Shown one piece after another: positions 46,146 to 57,277 of a stretch of 64,000 nt of DNA. A model generated the notes under the pieces. It did not search any database. It was not told the origin of the DNA and worked only from the letters and a program-made list of their open reading frames with translations. This DNA is from Cyanophora paradoxa CCMP329 (taxonomy: Eukaryota > Plantae > Glaucophyta): contig QPMI01000452.1 of the NCBI GenBank assembly GCA_004431415.1, positions 319,769-383,768 of the forward strand. Direction: 5' to 3'. The translations under genes were made by a program, and so were the position numbers. How positions within the stretch are numbered: the stretch's first letter is position 1; each line of letters begins with the position of its first letter.

Positions 46146-48737
46146 ATGAACAAAATCGAGAAATTCGCCACCCCTGTTGAAAATGCTACATTCCTTAGTA
46201 CTCTCATTGGTGATCGCAACAAGGTCACCCATGTATTTGATTCTGCCGAAGATGCCCTTGAAGCCATTGATAATAGCAAGGTTAAGACCTGGGCTGAATG
46301 CATTCAACCTGAGCAAGTGACCAGAGTTTACCTGGACCTGGATAAATTCGCTGATTTGAAGGAGAACATTGCTGATAACTATGCTGAGGCGGAAACTGTT
46401 GTAAGAGAGATGAGAGATAAGCTATGGAAGCGATCTGGTACCACTTCTATTAACGATATTGCTGTTGCAGTTCGCCATAGAAGGGTTTATTTGATTAAGG
46501 AGGATGTCACCAAGTTCAAGATTTCAGCCCACTTTATTATTAAATCGCTTGCATGCAAACATGAAGATATCCCCAAGCTTTTCAAAGCGATGGATTGGTG
46601 AAAAATGAGGATTATGACAGTGGAGTTTACAGCTCCACACAGAACCTAATCTGCCTCAATTGCTGCAAAGGTGAGACTCTGGATGCTCAAAATAAGTCGA
46701 AAAAAGATGTTGATAAAAACGTTTGCTTTAAGAAATTCGTTGACTGTGACAAAGTGTTAATGCGAAATGAGGACTTCTTTGTATCTTACTTCTCAGCTAC
46801 TACTAAACTTGTGGATGAATCAAATATTTCTGCATTTGCAAATTATACTCCTGAGCCAAAACCAGTTAAAAAGGAGCCAAAAAGTGATAAAGTGAAGACT
46901 GAGAAGGTAGAAGCTGAAAAAGACACTGAACCCGAAAATCCTGTTACTTTCGAACTGCTACAAAGTGTTATAATGGGTCTGAATGGTGAGAGAGCTAATG
47001 AGTATAAAACTTGGATTGATGTAGGACTGGTCATCATCAATGTTGGGGAAGACAACAAATTTACCCCTAAAATGCAGGCTGAACTCTTCCACCAATTCTC
47101 AGAACAGAGTGACAAGTATGATTATGATGAATGCCAGGAGAAGTTTACACAGCTTCGCAGAAGCAAGAAGAAGGCTGAGCCTGGCAAAGTGTTGACCTTC
47201 AAATCCTTGGTTTATTGGTTGAGCAAAGATAACAATGAGCTTTTCAAGGAACTCTTCCCCAAAAAGTATGCATTCCTACCAGAGGACACAGATGAAATCG
47301 ATTACAAGACTGCAAGTATCCCTCCTTTGGCTGAACATTACAATGTGCATAAGAGGTATTTCAATGCTCGAATGCATCATGTTGAAAATGTTGGTTGTGT
47401 GATGCTCTGGGATGAACAACTACTTTGCTGGATGCCCAAAGATATTGGGAAGCTCTCTACAAAGCATTTCCCCATTTGATGCATAAGGTGATTGTCAATG
47501 AGGGAACAGATAATGAGAAAGAGAAATGGGAGCAATCATTTAGGAAATGGATTGTGGATCCAACAGCCACAAGATCAACTTACATGGATTTCCTTCCCCT
47601 CCTGCTACTCTCAGTGCAAAATGCAAGTCTGTATTTAATCTCTATCCAGGAATGAAGGTCGACCATCAGCAATTCGAAAATGCTCCAGAGGATGTAACTG
47701 CTGAGATGATTAAGCCTTTCCTTGATCACTTGTTCTTAATGTCTGGTGAGGATCAAAATACCTATGAATATCTGTTGAAATGGTTTGCCCACATGCTGCA
47801 AAAGCCTGGGGAACTCAATGGAGTATCCTTAATCTTCATTGGTGAACAGGGAACTGGTAAGAATGTGTTGGTTGATACTTTCCAAAAGAAGATACTTGGA
47901 GATGCCCTGAGTTATGCAACTGGTAAGCCAAAAGAGGATCTGTTTGGTCGATTTGCCCATAACAGAGAGGATAAGATCCTGATTGTTGTCAATGAAGCCT
48001 CAGGCAAGGACACATTCGAAAATAATGATATGCTCAAAGATCTCATAACTTCTGATAAGATTGTAATTGAACACAAAGGGATAGATTCATACACAAAAAG
48101 CAACTTTGCCAGGATTATATTCACCAGCAATAACAACATTCCAGTAAAAATTGAAGCTGGAGATAGGCGATTTGTGGTTGTTGAAGTTAGTAAGAAATTC
48201 GCAAAGGATAGGTCATACTTCCTTCCACTTGTAAAATGGCTAAATGATCACTGCAATATTCGAAACATTGCCCACTATTTGAGAACCAAAGTTGACTGTG
48301 AGGATGTGAACTGGATTGCTGATAGACCCCTTACAAATAAATACTATTTAGCCCAGCAGGTATGCGCCCCAATCATTCTTATGTTCACTAAGTGGCTTGT
48401 GGATCGAGGCTTAATTTCCGAGAATAAATGCAAGTCTGGTAGCCTTGTGGAAACCTGGAAATGGTTCCAGGAGTTTATTACCAGCAACAAATATAAAAAC
48501 GATTATAATAGTCGCAGATATTATACAGAAATGCGAAGTGTTACATATATCCAAGTGAAAACTACAAATGGCAAACAATACTATCATTTCTTGTTCCCAC
48601 AAGTATTTGAGGAATTCAGAAAGATGAAGCTTGTAGATGATGAGACCATTGAGGAAGAAGCTAATCCAAGGATGAAACAAGAACTACCTGCTGCTGATCC
48701 TGATGCATCAGATTATGACTCTGATGTTGAAGTTTAG
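46146..48737 (+). CDS. AEP primase-PriCT-SF3 (NrS-1/DUF5906-type) helicase fusion (frameshifted)
   Basis: RVYLDLD and KISAHFI (AEP). YKTWIDVG...FHQFSEQSDKY (PriCT-2). GEQGTGKN, VVNE, FTSNN and DRRF (helicase). Confidence 0.88.
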
Positions 48738-48823
48738 GTTTACTCAAAAGTGGACTCACAGTTGACTCAAATTTATCATAAAAGACCCAAACAGTCTTTT
48801 ATTTATGGTTTATTTATCGATTA

Positions 48824-48929
48824 GGTTGACTAAGTGGGGGGAGTTGACTCATTTTTTCACAGATTCTAAAAGAGGACTCTGCCCTAAAAAGAAATAAAAA
48901 GTGCCTCAACTCCACCCACTAAGTCAACC
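48824..48929. promoter_or_regulatory. Putative replication origin: 24-bp inverted arms, also present in both TIRs
   Basis: GGTTGACTAAGTGGGGGGAGTTGA is identical to 29742-29765. The opposite arm at 48906-48929 matches 22/24. Confidence 0.6.
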
Positions 48930-48980
48930 AAAAAATGATTTAAGAGATAGAAAAATATATTTATATGTAACTAGTAAGAA

Positions 48981-49331
48981 ATGGCTGGAACAGATCATGA
49001 TTCTGGATCGATCTATATGATTGAGAGTCAGGAAATGAACAAAGTCTACATAGGAAGAACCTCACAGCCACTTCAAAAAAGATGGAGACAACACAAATCA
49101 GGTCAAATGCCATCTACAGCAGACCTATGCAAGGCTTCTGATGTGAAGTTCTCAGTCCTGTATTCAAGTAAGAAGGGTGGGCATGAAGACCTAATGAACA
49201 GAGAAGCATATTACATGTATCTCTTTGAACCTTGGATAGTCAATTTACAAAAACCGAAATCCCGATTTAGGATTAATAGGTTTTTGCGATTCCATTCAGA
49301 GGAAGCCAGTGGATCCATTAAAACATTTTAA
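48981..49331 (+). CDS. GIY-YIG endonuclease
   Basis: SIYMI...KVYIGRT...KRWRQH...RE...N. Confidence 0.85.
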   Translation: MAGTDHDSGSIYMIESQEMNKVYIGRTSQPLQKRWRQHKSGQMPSTADLCKASDVKFSVLYSSKKGGHEDLMNREAYYMYLFEPWIVNLQKPKSRFRINRFLRFHSEEASGSIKTF

Positions 49332-49391
49332 ATTGCGTTTAGAACATCCTAAAATAAAATATCCCCTTAGAATAGGAACAAGTTAGGAATA

Positions 49392-52300
49392 ATGCCCCGA
49401 ATTACCAACAAACTCATAAGGGAGAAGAAATGGGAACTCATGGGATTGCTGGGAACACTATATGCAGCCCATGAAATAACAGAGGCTGAATATGACCGGG
49501 AAATAGATTTAATTGCAAAGGGCAGACCCACTTTAGCCAGATTAACTAGAAAAGCAAATAACCTATATGATAAAATTGAAACCTTGGATGAACTGGATCG
49601 CCTAAGGCAAATAGAACCTGAGGCAGAAGATGGAACAGCCATGAATGAATTATATCGCTGGCTCACTTACAGAGCCAGAAGGGAAGTTGTTGTAGATGTG
49701 ATTGAATTCCTGGATAGAATTGCTACATCCCTTCCAAATCGATTAAAGCAGGGTTTAGATCAATTCAGGGCAATCAAGGTTCGCTTGTCTTTTATCTGCA
49801 AGTTCGTTAAAGTGAGCAATCCACAGGTTTGGATATCGAAATACATTTACAGTGATTACTTTGTATTAACCAGGTCGAGAAATATTCGAACTGAGCTGAA
49901 TAAAGCAGCCCAAATGTGTCAGGAGCAGATGAATGTGGTTGATAGCTATCGCTTAGAAAGAATTGAAATACTCAGAGTGGCTATTATGAGTTATGCTCCA
50001 ACTGGTGGATGCTTTCTACAAACCCCAGAGTGGATTGCTAGGAAGAGAGCCACAGTAAATATTCGAAATATTGATGATTCCTGCTTCGAAAATGCAATTT
50101 TGGCATATATTCACAGAAAAGCGATAAACTCCATAAGAGGAATGAGCTTTCACAATATCGCAAATGGAAATACTCAGCAATCGCTTATAATCCGCTGGCT
50201 CTCAATTTCGATAACATCCCATTCCCTGTTGCCTGTGATGCTGATATTATTGATAAATTCGAGGCTCAAAATGCAGGCATTAGCATTAATATATTTGGAA
50301 TCGATGGAGAGGTTATTTATCCCCTGCATCAATCAAGTAACCCAGGCAGAAAGCATAAGGTTAATCTCATGCTGATATTTGATGATGAAGGGAATGGTCA
50401 CTATATTACAATCATGTCCCTTTCAAGGCTATTGAAAGTAAACCATGAAACATACAATGATCAGAAGTTACACTACTGTGACACATGCTTATCTCGATTC
50501 AGGTCTGAGGCTAAACTCACTGCTCATGTGGACTCAAACAGATGCATTGATTGGAGACTCTCAAAGGGAATCACACCAAAACCTGAGACCACCATAGAGT
50601 TTGGACTGAAAAACCTCAGGAAAACTGTTTGGCTTCCTGTTGTGGTTTACTGCAAGATTGAACATAGAAGCATCCCCATAGATGCATCGAAATCCAAGAG
50701 GGAAGTCTCAGCAGTCAACATTAGAATAGTCACTGGGGCAGATGTTCAAGATTTTCGATTTGAGGGTCAGGATCCAATGGGAGGTCTGTTTGAATGCTTG
50801 GAATCCAAAGCAAGAGAGCTAATTGACTTCCTGTTTACCAATATTCCCATGAATGAACTCACAGATGAGCAAAAGGCTGTTTACAGGGCTACTAAACACT
50901 GTTACCTTTGCAGTGAGAGGTTCACTAAAGAAAACTTCAAATGCAGGGATCATGATCACCACACAGGTCATTATATTGCTCCTGCATGCAGAAACTGCAA
51001 TCTCCATAGGAGAATCTCAAAGCAAACCAAAGTTGCAGTTGTTGTTGACCAAATGGATGACTGTGGGACATTCATTTTCAGAAAAATAGCAGGCATGGGT
51101 GATAAAAAGCGAATCGAAATCCTTTCGAAAAACTTTGATCAATACCTGTCATTGCAATGGGGTCTTTACAAGTTCATTGATGCAAGCAATTTCATGGATT
51201 TTGGAGCTGCTGATGTAGATGAGTTAATGAACAAATTCCAGGCTTTTAGAAGGCTTTCACACTCAGTATATGGATTGGACCCAGTTCATTATGTATCTGC
51301 ACCTGGGTTATCTTGGGATGCTATGCTTAGGACCACCAAGGCAAAAATAGAGCTTATAAGTGATGTAGAGCAATACGAATTTGTTGAGAGGGGAATCAGG
51401 GGTGGCTTTGCAACAATGCCTTGTAGGTATGCTGAGGCTGATGGTGAAAACTCCCACATTATGCTGTTTGATGCTAACAACTTGTATGGCTACTGTTTGA
51501 GTCAGCCAATCCCAGTTGGTGATTTTAGATGGGAGACCGAATTCAACCCACAAGATAACAGATCCAGTTTCCTGGAAGTTGATCTGGATTACCCAATTAG
51601 GCTATATCTAGACCACAGTGATTTCCCCCTAATTATTAACAAGAAAATAGTAGAATATGCAGAATTATCACAATATCAAAAGAGCCTATTAGATCTCTCA
51701 GGAGAAGAGCTTGATAAAACCCCAAAGCTAACTGCAACCTTTGGTTCTGTGACCAACTATGTGATTTCTGAGCCTCTCCTACAGTATCTGTTCGACAAAG
51801 GGGTGAAATTAAAGAAGGTTCACAGGGTCCTATCATTTACTGTGGCTCCTGTAATGAAACCCTACATTGAGCTGAATACTGAGATGAGAAGGAAAGCAGT
51901 GAATAAATTCGAGGCTGATTTGTATAAACTCATGAATAACTCAATCTATGGGAAATGCATTGAATCTTGCAGAGGTAGATCTGTGGTTAAGATTGCAAAC
52001 AGTGAGAAACTGTTTATGAAATATGCAGCCTCCCCATTGGTGAAATCAACCAGCCCCATAAACGAAAAAGCAGTTGCCTTTGAGTTTTACACAAAGCATG
52101 TGAAGCTAGATAAACCTGTTGCTATTGGGGCTTATGTTCTGGATGCAGCCAAACTGCATAACTACAAGTTCTTCTATGATACTGTAAGGTCCCAATGGAC
52201 AAAAGCAAAGTTACTATTCCATGATACTGACTCCTTCTGTCTATATATTGAATCTAAGACCCTCCAAGAGGACCTGGGGAATATCTCTTATGCATTGGAC

Positions 52301-52636
52301 CTAGGGGGGTCTAACAGAATGACCCCAGGTAAATACAAAAATGAGATTCCAGGTTCTGCTATATTGGAGTATGTGGGTCTCAGAGCCAAAGTTTACAGTT
52401 TCAGAACTGCTGAGATTGAGAGAAGTAAGCTCTCTGGGACTTCAACTGAGGAACTCCAATTTAATGATTTTAAGCAGTGTTTATTTGCAGGTATCAGCAA
52501 GACTGTGACTGCAAAGCAGAAAAGAAGGGCAGATCACACAATAATAGATACTGTGAGTAGAAGGGTTGCCCTAAACTGCTTTGATGCAAAGAGATACATC
52601 TTACCAGATGGTATTAATTCTGTTCCTTTTAATTAA
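49392..52636 (+). CDS. polB: Polinton-type protein-primed family B DNA polymerase (frameshift near 50140-50370)
   Basis: PEWIARKRATVNIRNIDDSCF...GHY N-terminal domain, RDHDHHTG...CRNCN insertion, and GIRGG, DANNLYG, KLMNNSIYGK, DTDS, LRAKVY motifs. Confidence 0.93.
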
Positions 52637-52639
52637 GAG

Positions 52640-54025
52640 ATGCCAGCAACTGGAAGAATAGTTAGGAGAACCACTGAGCAACTGCAAGGTAACCTATTGC
52701 CCATCACAGTTCCAAAGGAGGAAAAGGGAGAATCTCGAATTGTTAAAAAGTCAGAGATGAAAGAGCTTGTCCCAGTAGAGATTCCAGTTGCTATTGCAGT
52801 GAAAGAAACCAGCAAGATTGCCAAGAGATTCTATGATGTGAGAACTGGTTACAAAGGGCTTCAAGCTATGAGGGCTGAGTTACCTGATGAATCCTATAAG
52901 CAGTTGCAAGAGTTCTATAAAAAACAGGAAGTTGTTCAGATCAATGCACCTGCTATATCTAGAAAGAGAGATCCCATGGTTCCAATAAGGCAACCCCTTG
53001 ATACCTATGTGATTGATTTGCTCTTTTTCCCAGCTTATAAGAAACAAAACAATGGCTATGATACCTTTATGACTGCAATGGAATCCACACTGAGAACTGG
53101 GTATATCATACCTATAAGGGATAAATCAGCTCTCACTACATTAGCTGCATTTAAACAGCTTGAGATGAGAGTGGCAAGACCCATAGTAAAGGTTCAATCA
53201 GATGCTGGGAGTGAGTTCCAAAATCGAATATTCCAGGAGTATTTATCTAGTAAATTCATAGAACACCAAGTGAGTGGAACTGCTGACCACAGGAGCCAAG
53301 GTCGAATTGAAGCCTTTAACAAGCAGATTAAGAGACTGATCACAAACTACTGCATAGCCAATAATACAGCTAGATTCTTTGATGTGTTAGGTGATATTGA
53401 GTATAATTACAATAATACAGTCCACTCAGCTACTAAGATGAAGCCAGGCGAAACTACAGAGGAGCATTATAGGTATATAGTGGGATTAGAAGATGAGAGA
53501 TTCAAGAAATCAATAGCTTATCTTGATACCATGCAGCCTGGCATGTTTGTTAGAGTGAAAGTTGAGAAGAACCCCTTTGCCAAACAGGGTAACAATTGGT
53601 CTAGGATGGTTTACACTGTTGATAGTAGGGAAGGCTTTAAGTTTAAGCTAAGGAGTCCCACTGGAGAGATCATAGATAACAGATTTGCATTCCATGAGCT
53701 GTTGCCTGTGAATGCAGTTGAGTATCTGGAAACACCTACAGTGGATGCCTTGGAGCAAGCTAAAGAGGAAGCTAGGGTTGATGCTGCTATAAGGAGAGAA
53801 GGCATAGAAGCTGCTAATGAAGTCCCAGATAAGCCTTTGATAGAGGCTAGAAAGGAGAAGACTGGCAAAGTTAATAGGGAACTCAAAAAGCTCACCATAG
53901 CAGGGACACAGAAACTTTCAGAAGTGAATAGCCAGAGATGGTATAATGACTTTCAGACTACTAAGGAGTCATATACAGTCCCTAAACCTCAGAGAACACT
54001 AAGAGAAAGGACCAAAACTAGCTAG
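52640..54025 (+). CDS. rve integrase (intact ORF)
   Basis: FYD..TG, YVIDLLF, QSDAGSEF, RIEAFNKQIK, YNNTVHSATKMKP. Confidence 0.93.
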   Translation: MPATGRIVRRTTEQLQGNLLPITVPKEEKGESRIVKKSEMKELVPVEIPVAIAVKETSKIAKRFYDVRTGYKGLQAMRAELPDESYKQLQEFYKKQEVVQINAPAISRKRDPMVPIRQPLDTYVIDLLFFPAYKKQNNGYDTFMTAMESTLRTGYIIPIRDKSALTTLAAFKQLEMRVARPIVKVQSDAGSEFQNRIFQEYLSSKFIEHQVSGTADHRSQGRIEAFNKQIKRLITNYCIANNTARFFDVLGDIEYNYNNTVHSATKMKPGETTEEHYRYIVGLEDERFKKSIAYLDTMQPGMFVRVKVEKNPFAKQGNNWSRMVYTVDSREGFKFKLRSPTGEIIDNRFAFHELLPVNAVEYLETPTVDALEQAKEEARVDAAIRREGIEAANEVPDKPLIEARKEKTGKVNRELKKLTIAGTQKLSEVNSQRWYNDFQTTKESYTVPKPQRTLRERTKTS

Positions 54026-54508
54026 TTTGCTAGCCGAAAACTCGTTTTTTCCAAATATATGTATGACTGATATACATATATGCATATGATATACACATTG
54101 TCTTGTAGATCTTTTCAAGCGCTTCACAGCGATATGCAGAACGTTGCGATTTGATAATCTGGTGATGAGATACAAGCGTTTGAAGATGCCGATTATCGAT
54201 TTTTCGAGATTTCGGAATGATGCATCATAATGATGTAATAATGATGTATCATAAACAAATAACATATATATATCGCCGTGATCGTCATGATCTCCCGAGT
54301 TCGATGGTGTGTCATATATATCATATACATATGCATCGTCATTATGACATCATTTCGTAACATAACACGTCCGTCATCGTCTTTTTCCGCAGCGAACAGA
54401 TAAGTGAACAGTTAACGAGACAACTATTGTAATAGTGTACTGCAACAACAATTGAAAACAAGATATGTGGGAAAGCTATTGAAAGACAATGAAGCAAATT
54501 GCGAACAA

Positions 54509-54597
54509 TTAAGTGAACAGTTAAGTGGACACCTGTTGGGAGTAGGCAGTGTCTACTCGTTTATCGTGAAACGGTGTCCACTTAACTGTTCATTTAA
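54509..54597. repeat. 25-bp inverted repeat in the subterminal non-coding region
   Basis: TTAAGTGAACAGTTAAGTGGACACC / GGTGTCCACTTAACTGTTCATTTAA (24/25 match), 39-bp spacer. Confidence 0.8.
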
Positions 54598-54777
54598 CTG
54601 TTGACGAAAACCCATGCATTATGACATCATATCATTAAACCACATACAAAACACTAAAACGCATGTATCTCTTCACCAACTCATCATCTGACAAAACCAA
54701 AAACAGATTCGAAATCCTCTTAACGAGGCCTGCGTGACGATATAAGTATCATAGGTTCAATAATTCATATGTTTATA

Positions 54778-55607
54778 AGCATCTCCCCTAGATTCCCCCT
54801 ATTATATTATATTTATATTTAAGTGGAGTCAAGGTTGACTCATATTAATCGTAAAAGTAGTAATAGTATATGGATTTTGTTACGAATTCAATGGGAGGGT
54901 TGACTAAGTGGGTTGAGTTGACTCAAATTTCACAGGAAATATTTGGGACCTAAAGTTTTCTAAAAAGGATTTGAAAAAATGTGTCAACTCCCCCCACTTA
55001 GTCAACCCTGACCATAAACAGTAAGGATTTGAGCTAACATGTATCACAAAGTGAACATTTTGAGTCCACTTAGAAGATCCACTTTTGAAATCCAAGTTGA
55101 TTTTGCTTGAAATTTCAAAGTTGATCTAAAAGTGAGTCCACCCTGATTGATTATGGTAACAAAGTTGACTAAGTTGACTAAGTTGAGTCATCTTAAGAAA
55201 TTCAAAGAGACTAAGAGTTCAAAATGTTTATGAAAAGTGAGTCAACTTAGACCACTTATGATAACAAAGTTAAATATTTAATTGATTTAATCGGAAAAGA
55301 ACATGATTTAATCGAATTTATTGATATAATTCCGATTAGATTCATTTAGGATTCAATTAAGATCAATCGAAGTTATTGATATAATTCCGATTAACTACAA
55401 TTAAGATACAATATCGATTAATCGAGTTTATCGATATAACATCGATTAAATTAATTGAAAATGCATGTAAAAATATGAAAATTCAGGTGAAAATTCAAAT
55501 AAATTAATCGATTTTATTGATATAACATCGAATCACACATATGAATATTCATATTTTAATCCTGAGGCGGAACGCCGAGGGATTAAAATATGAATATTCA
55601 TATGTGT
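54778..55607 (-). repeat. Right TIR of EVE-2, ending in a 73-nt hairpin (55535-55607)
   Basis: Reverse complement of the left TIR without the SINE. Confidence 0.95.
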
Positions 55608-55930
55608 CGGGTGTAGGTTCCACCTCCATTCTGCGCATACTGCTGTGTGCCAATCAGAACGTTAAGGTAATTAACAAGGCTCGTGGGGTCGTAATTTCCG
55701 GCTTTGAAGGTGTTTGTCCGGGTCTTCTGGGCATTGATGTTATCGTAGGTGACTGTGGTAATGGTTCCATCTGTGGTGAGGTTGTATAGATTATTAAATA
55801 GCTCAAAATTCGTGATTCTGCAAGATTTGACTCGCTTCACGGGATAGGGAAGTTTATAGCGGAAATTCGCGGAACTGGTAGAATCAGCTTCGCGATCCCT
55901 GGAATCGATATTGATTAGTATTTTTCCCAT
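55608..55930 (-). pseudogene. Minor capsid protein truncated by the EVE-2 TIR
   Basis: INIDSRDR...TRTNTFKAGNYDPTSLVNYL matches EVE-1 mCP TRANTFKPGVYTPTSLANYL. Cut after about 107 codons. Confidence 0.85.
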
Positions 55931-55982
55931 TTGTGTTCGTTACTATCCGTGTATAAATTATTTTGTTCACGATTAGTAAACA

Positions 55983-57202
55983 ATGGCGCTCGCTGGAACC
56001 ACTCTTAAAGAGCTCCTCGTCACCCCCAATTCGAGCGAACTATATCTATCCCCGGTCTGGTCATTGGCGCCAACCCGAAATATAAGCCATTCATTGAAAC
56101 AGTCAAGCCTCGTGGCAACACCTTTGGCTTTGCTTCTACTGCGGTCTTTGACCTCCCACGCAAACAGCTACTCAGCGGTCTCTCCCTCTACTTCAAACTC
56201 ACTGGTGGTGGTGGTGCGAACGCTACCCTTCCAAACTGTGCGAGTAGCTTCATTGAAAATGTCCGAATCGTCCATGGCGGTTTTAACTTACGTTACCCGG
56301 TGACTGGATCACTGTGAACACCATCGTCGACAACGATCCCTCAACTCTGGGTGCTCTCGCCACCTCCTATGGCATGGATGATGCCGCTATTGTTCTTAAT
56401 AACACTTCTCGCGAGTTTATTGTTAAGATCCCTCGCAAATGTGGGACGACTCTTACTTCCCCCTCTGTGCACTTGCTGAGATGCCCAAATTGAGGTCGAT
56501 TTCCGGGCTTCGACTGTTGTAACTCTTGCTTTAAATGCTACCATCGCTATGAGCGATTGCCATCTCGTTTGTCAGTTCGTTAACATTTCCTCTGATGAGG
56601 CGGAGCGACTGCTTAAAATGGCAAACGAAGAGGGTGGCATTCGCATCCCAATTACTGAGGTTCTCCACAAGCAAACCCGCCCACTGAAAACGGCGGATGC
56701 CGACACTGCGACTGAGGTCTCGCTTGCTAATGTGAGCGGGCTCGTCCACTCGGTTCTGCTTACAGTCCGAAAGAATGCGGATCTGAAAACGGTTAACCAC
56801 TCTCGCTTCTATGGCAAGGGCGAAACCTACAACATCACCAACTTCGAGATTTACCACAACAATCGCACCCTCGATATTTCAAATAAGCCAATCTCGGGCT
56901 TCCTTTCCGCTGTGAACCACATCCCCTCTCACTACAAGGGTGCGAGCACAGGTGGTGCGGCTGTTGGAGTCGCTGAGGGAAGCGTTTATGGTGTTGTTCT
57001 GAGCAAGTCCGGCAAGGATTCCCTGCACAACTCGGTTCTCGGTTATCAGGACTTTTTCAACTCGTCATCAAGCTACATGAACCTCACAGTGAATGGCTGC
57101 ACTGATGCCAATCCGGTTGTGGTGGATATATTCACACTTCGCCACAATGTCCTTGTAATCAATGGCTATCAACTGTCGACCCTCAAAGTTAGCAACTTCT
57201 AA
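55983..57202 (+). CDS. Major capsid protein (frameshifted), close homolog of EVE-1 MCP
   Basis: MALAGTTLKELL...YHNNRTLDISNKPISGF...STLKVSNF. Confidence 0.88.
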
Positions 57203-57277
57203 GCGTAGTAAGGTGCGGCGCTCGCGCAAGGCTCGCTTAGCGTGCCGCTTTTGTCTGTTTTTTATGTCTTTACTGTA

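Larger units (their letters stand above)
28926..55607. mobile_element. EVE-2: 26.7-kb Polinton/Maverick-like endogenous virus (type B) with both TIRs
   Basis: 830-bp TIRs enclosing pPolB, rve integrase, primase-helicase, MCP, two mCPs and an ATPase. AT-rich. Confidence 0.93.

Noticed and set aside
28926-55607. Bacterial prophage or contaminant, suggested by SpeD, tail-fibre and patatin genes
   Set aside because: The core genes (DJR capsid, A32 ATPase, pPolB, rve integrase, TIRs) are Polinton-like, and a eukaryotic SINE sits in the TIR.
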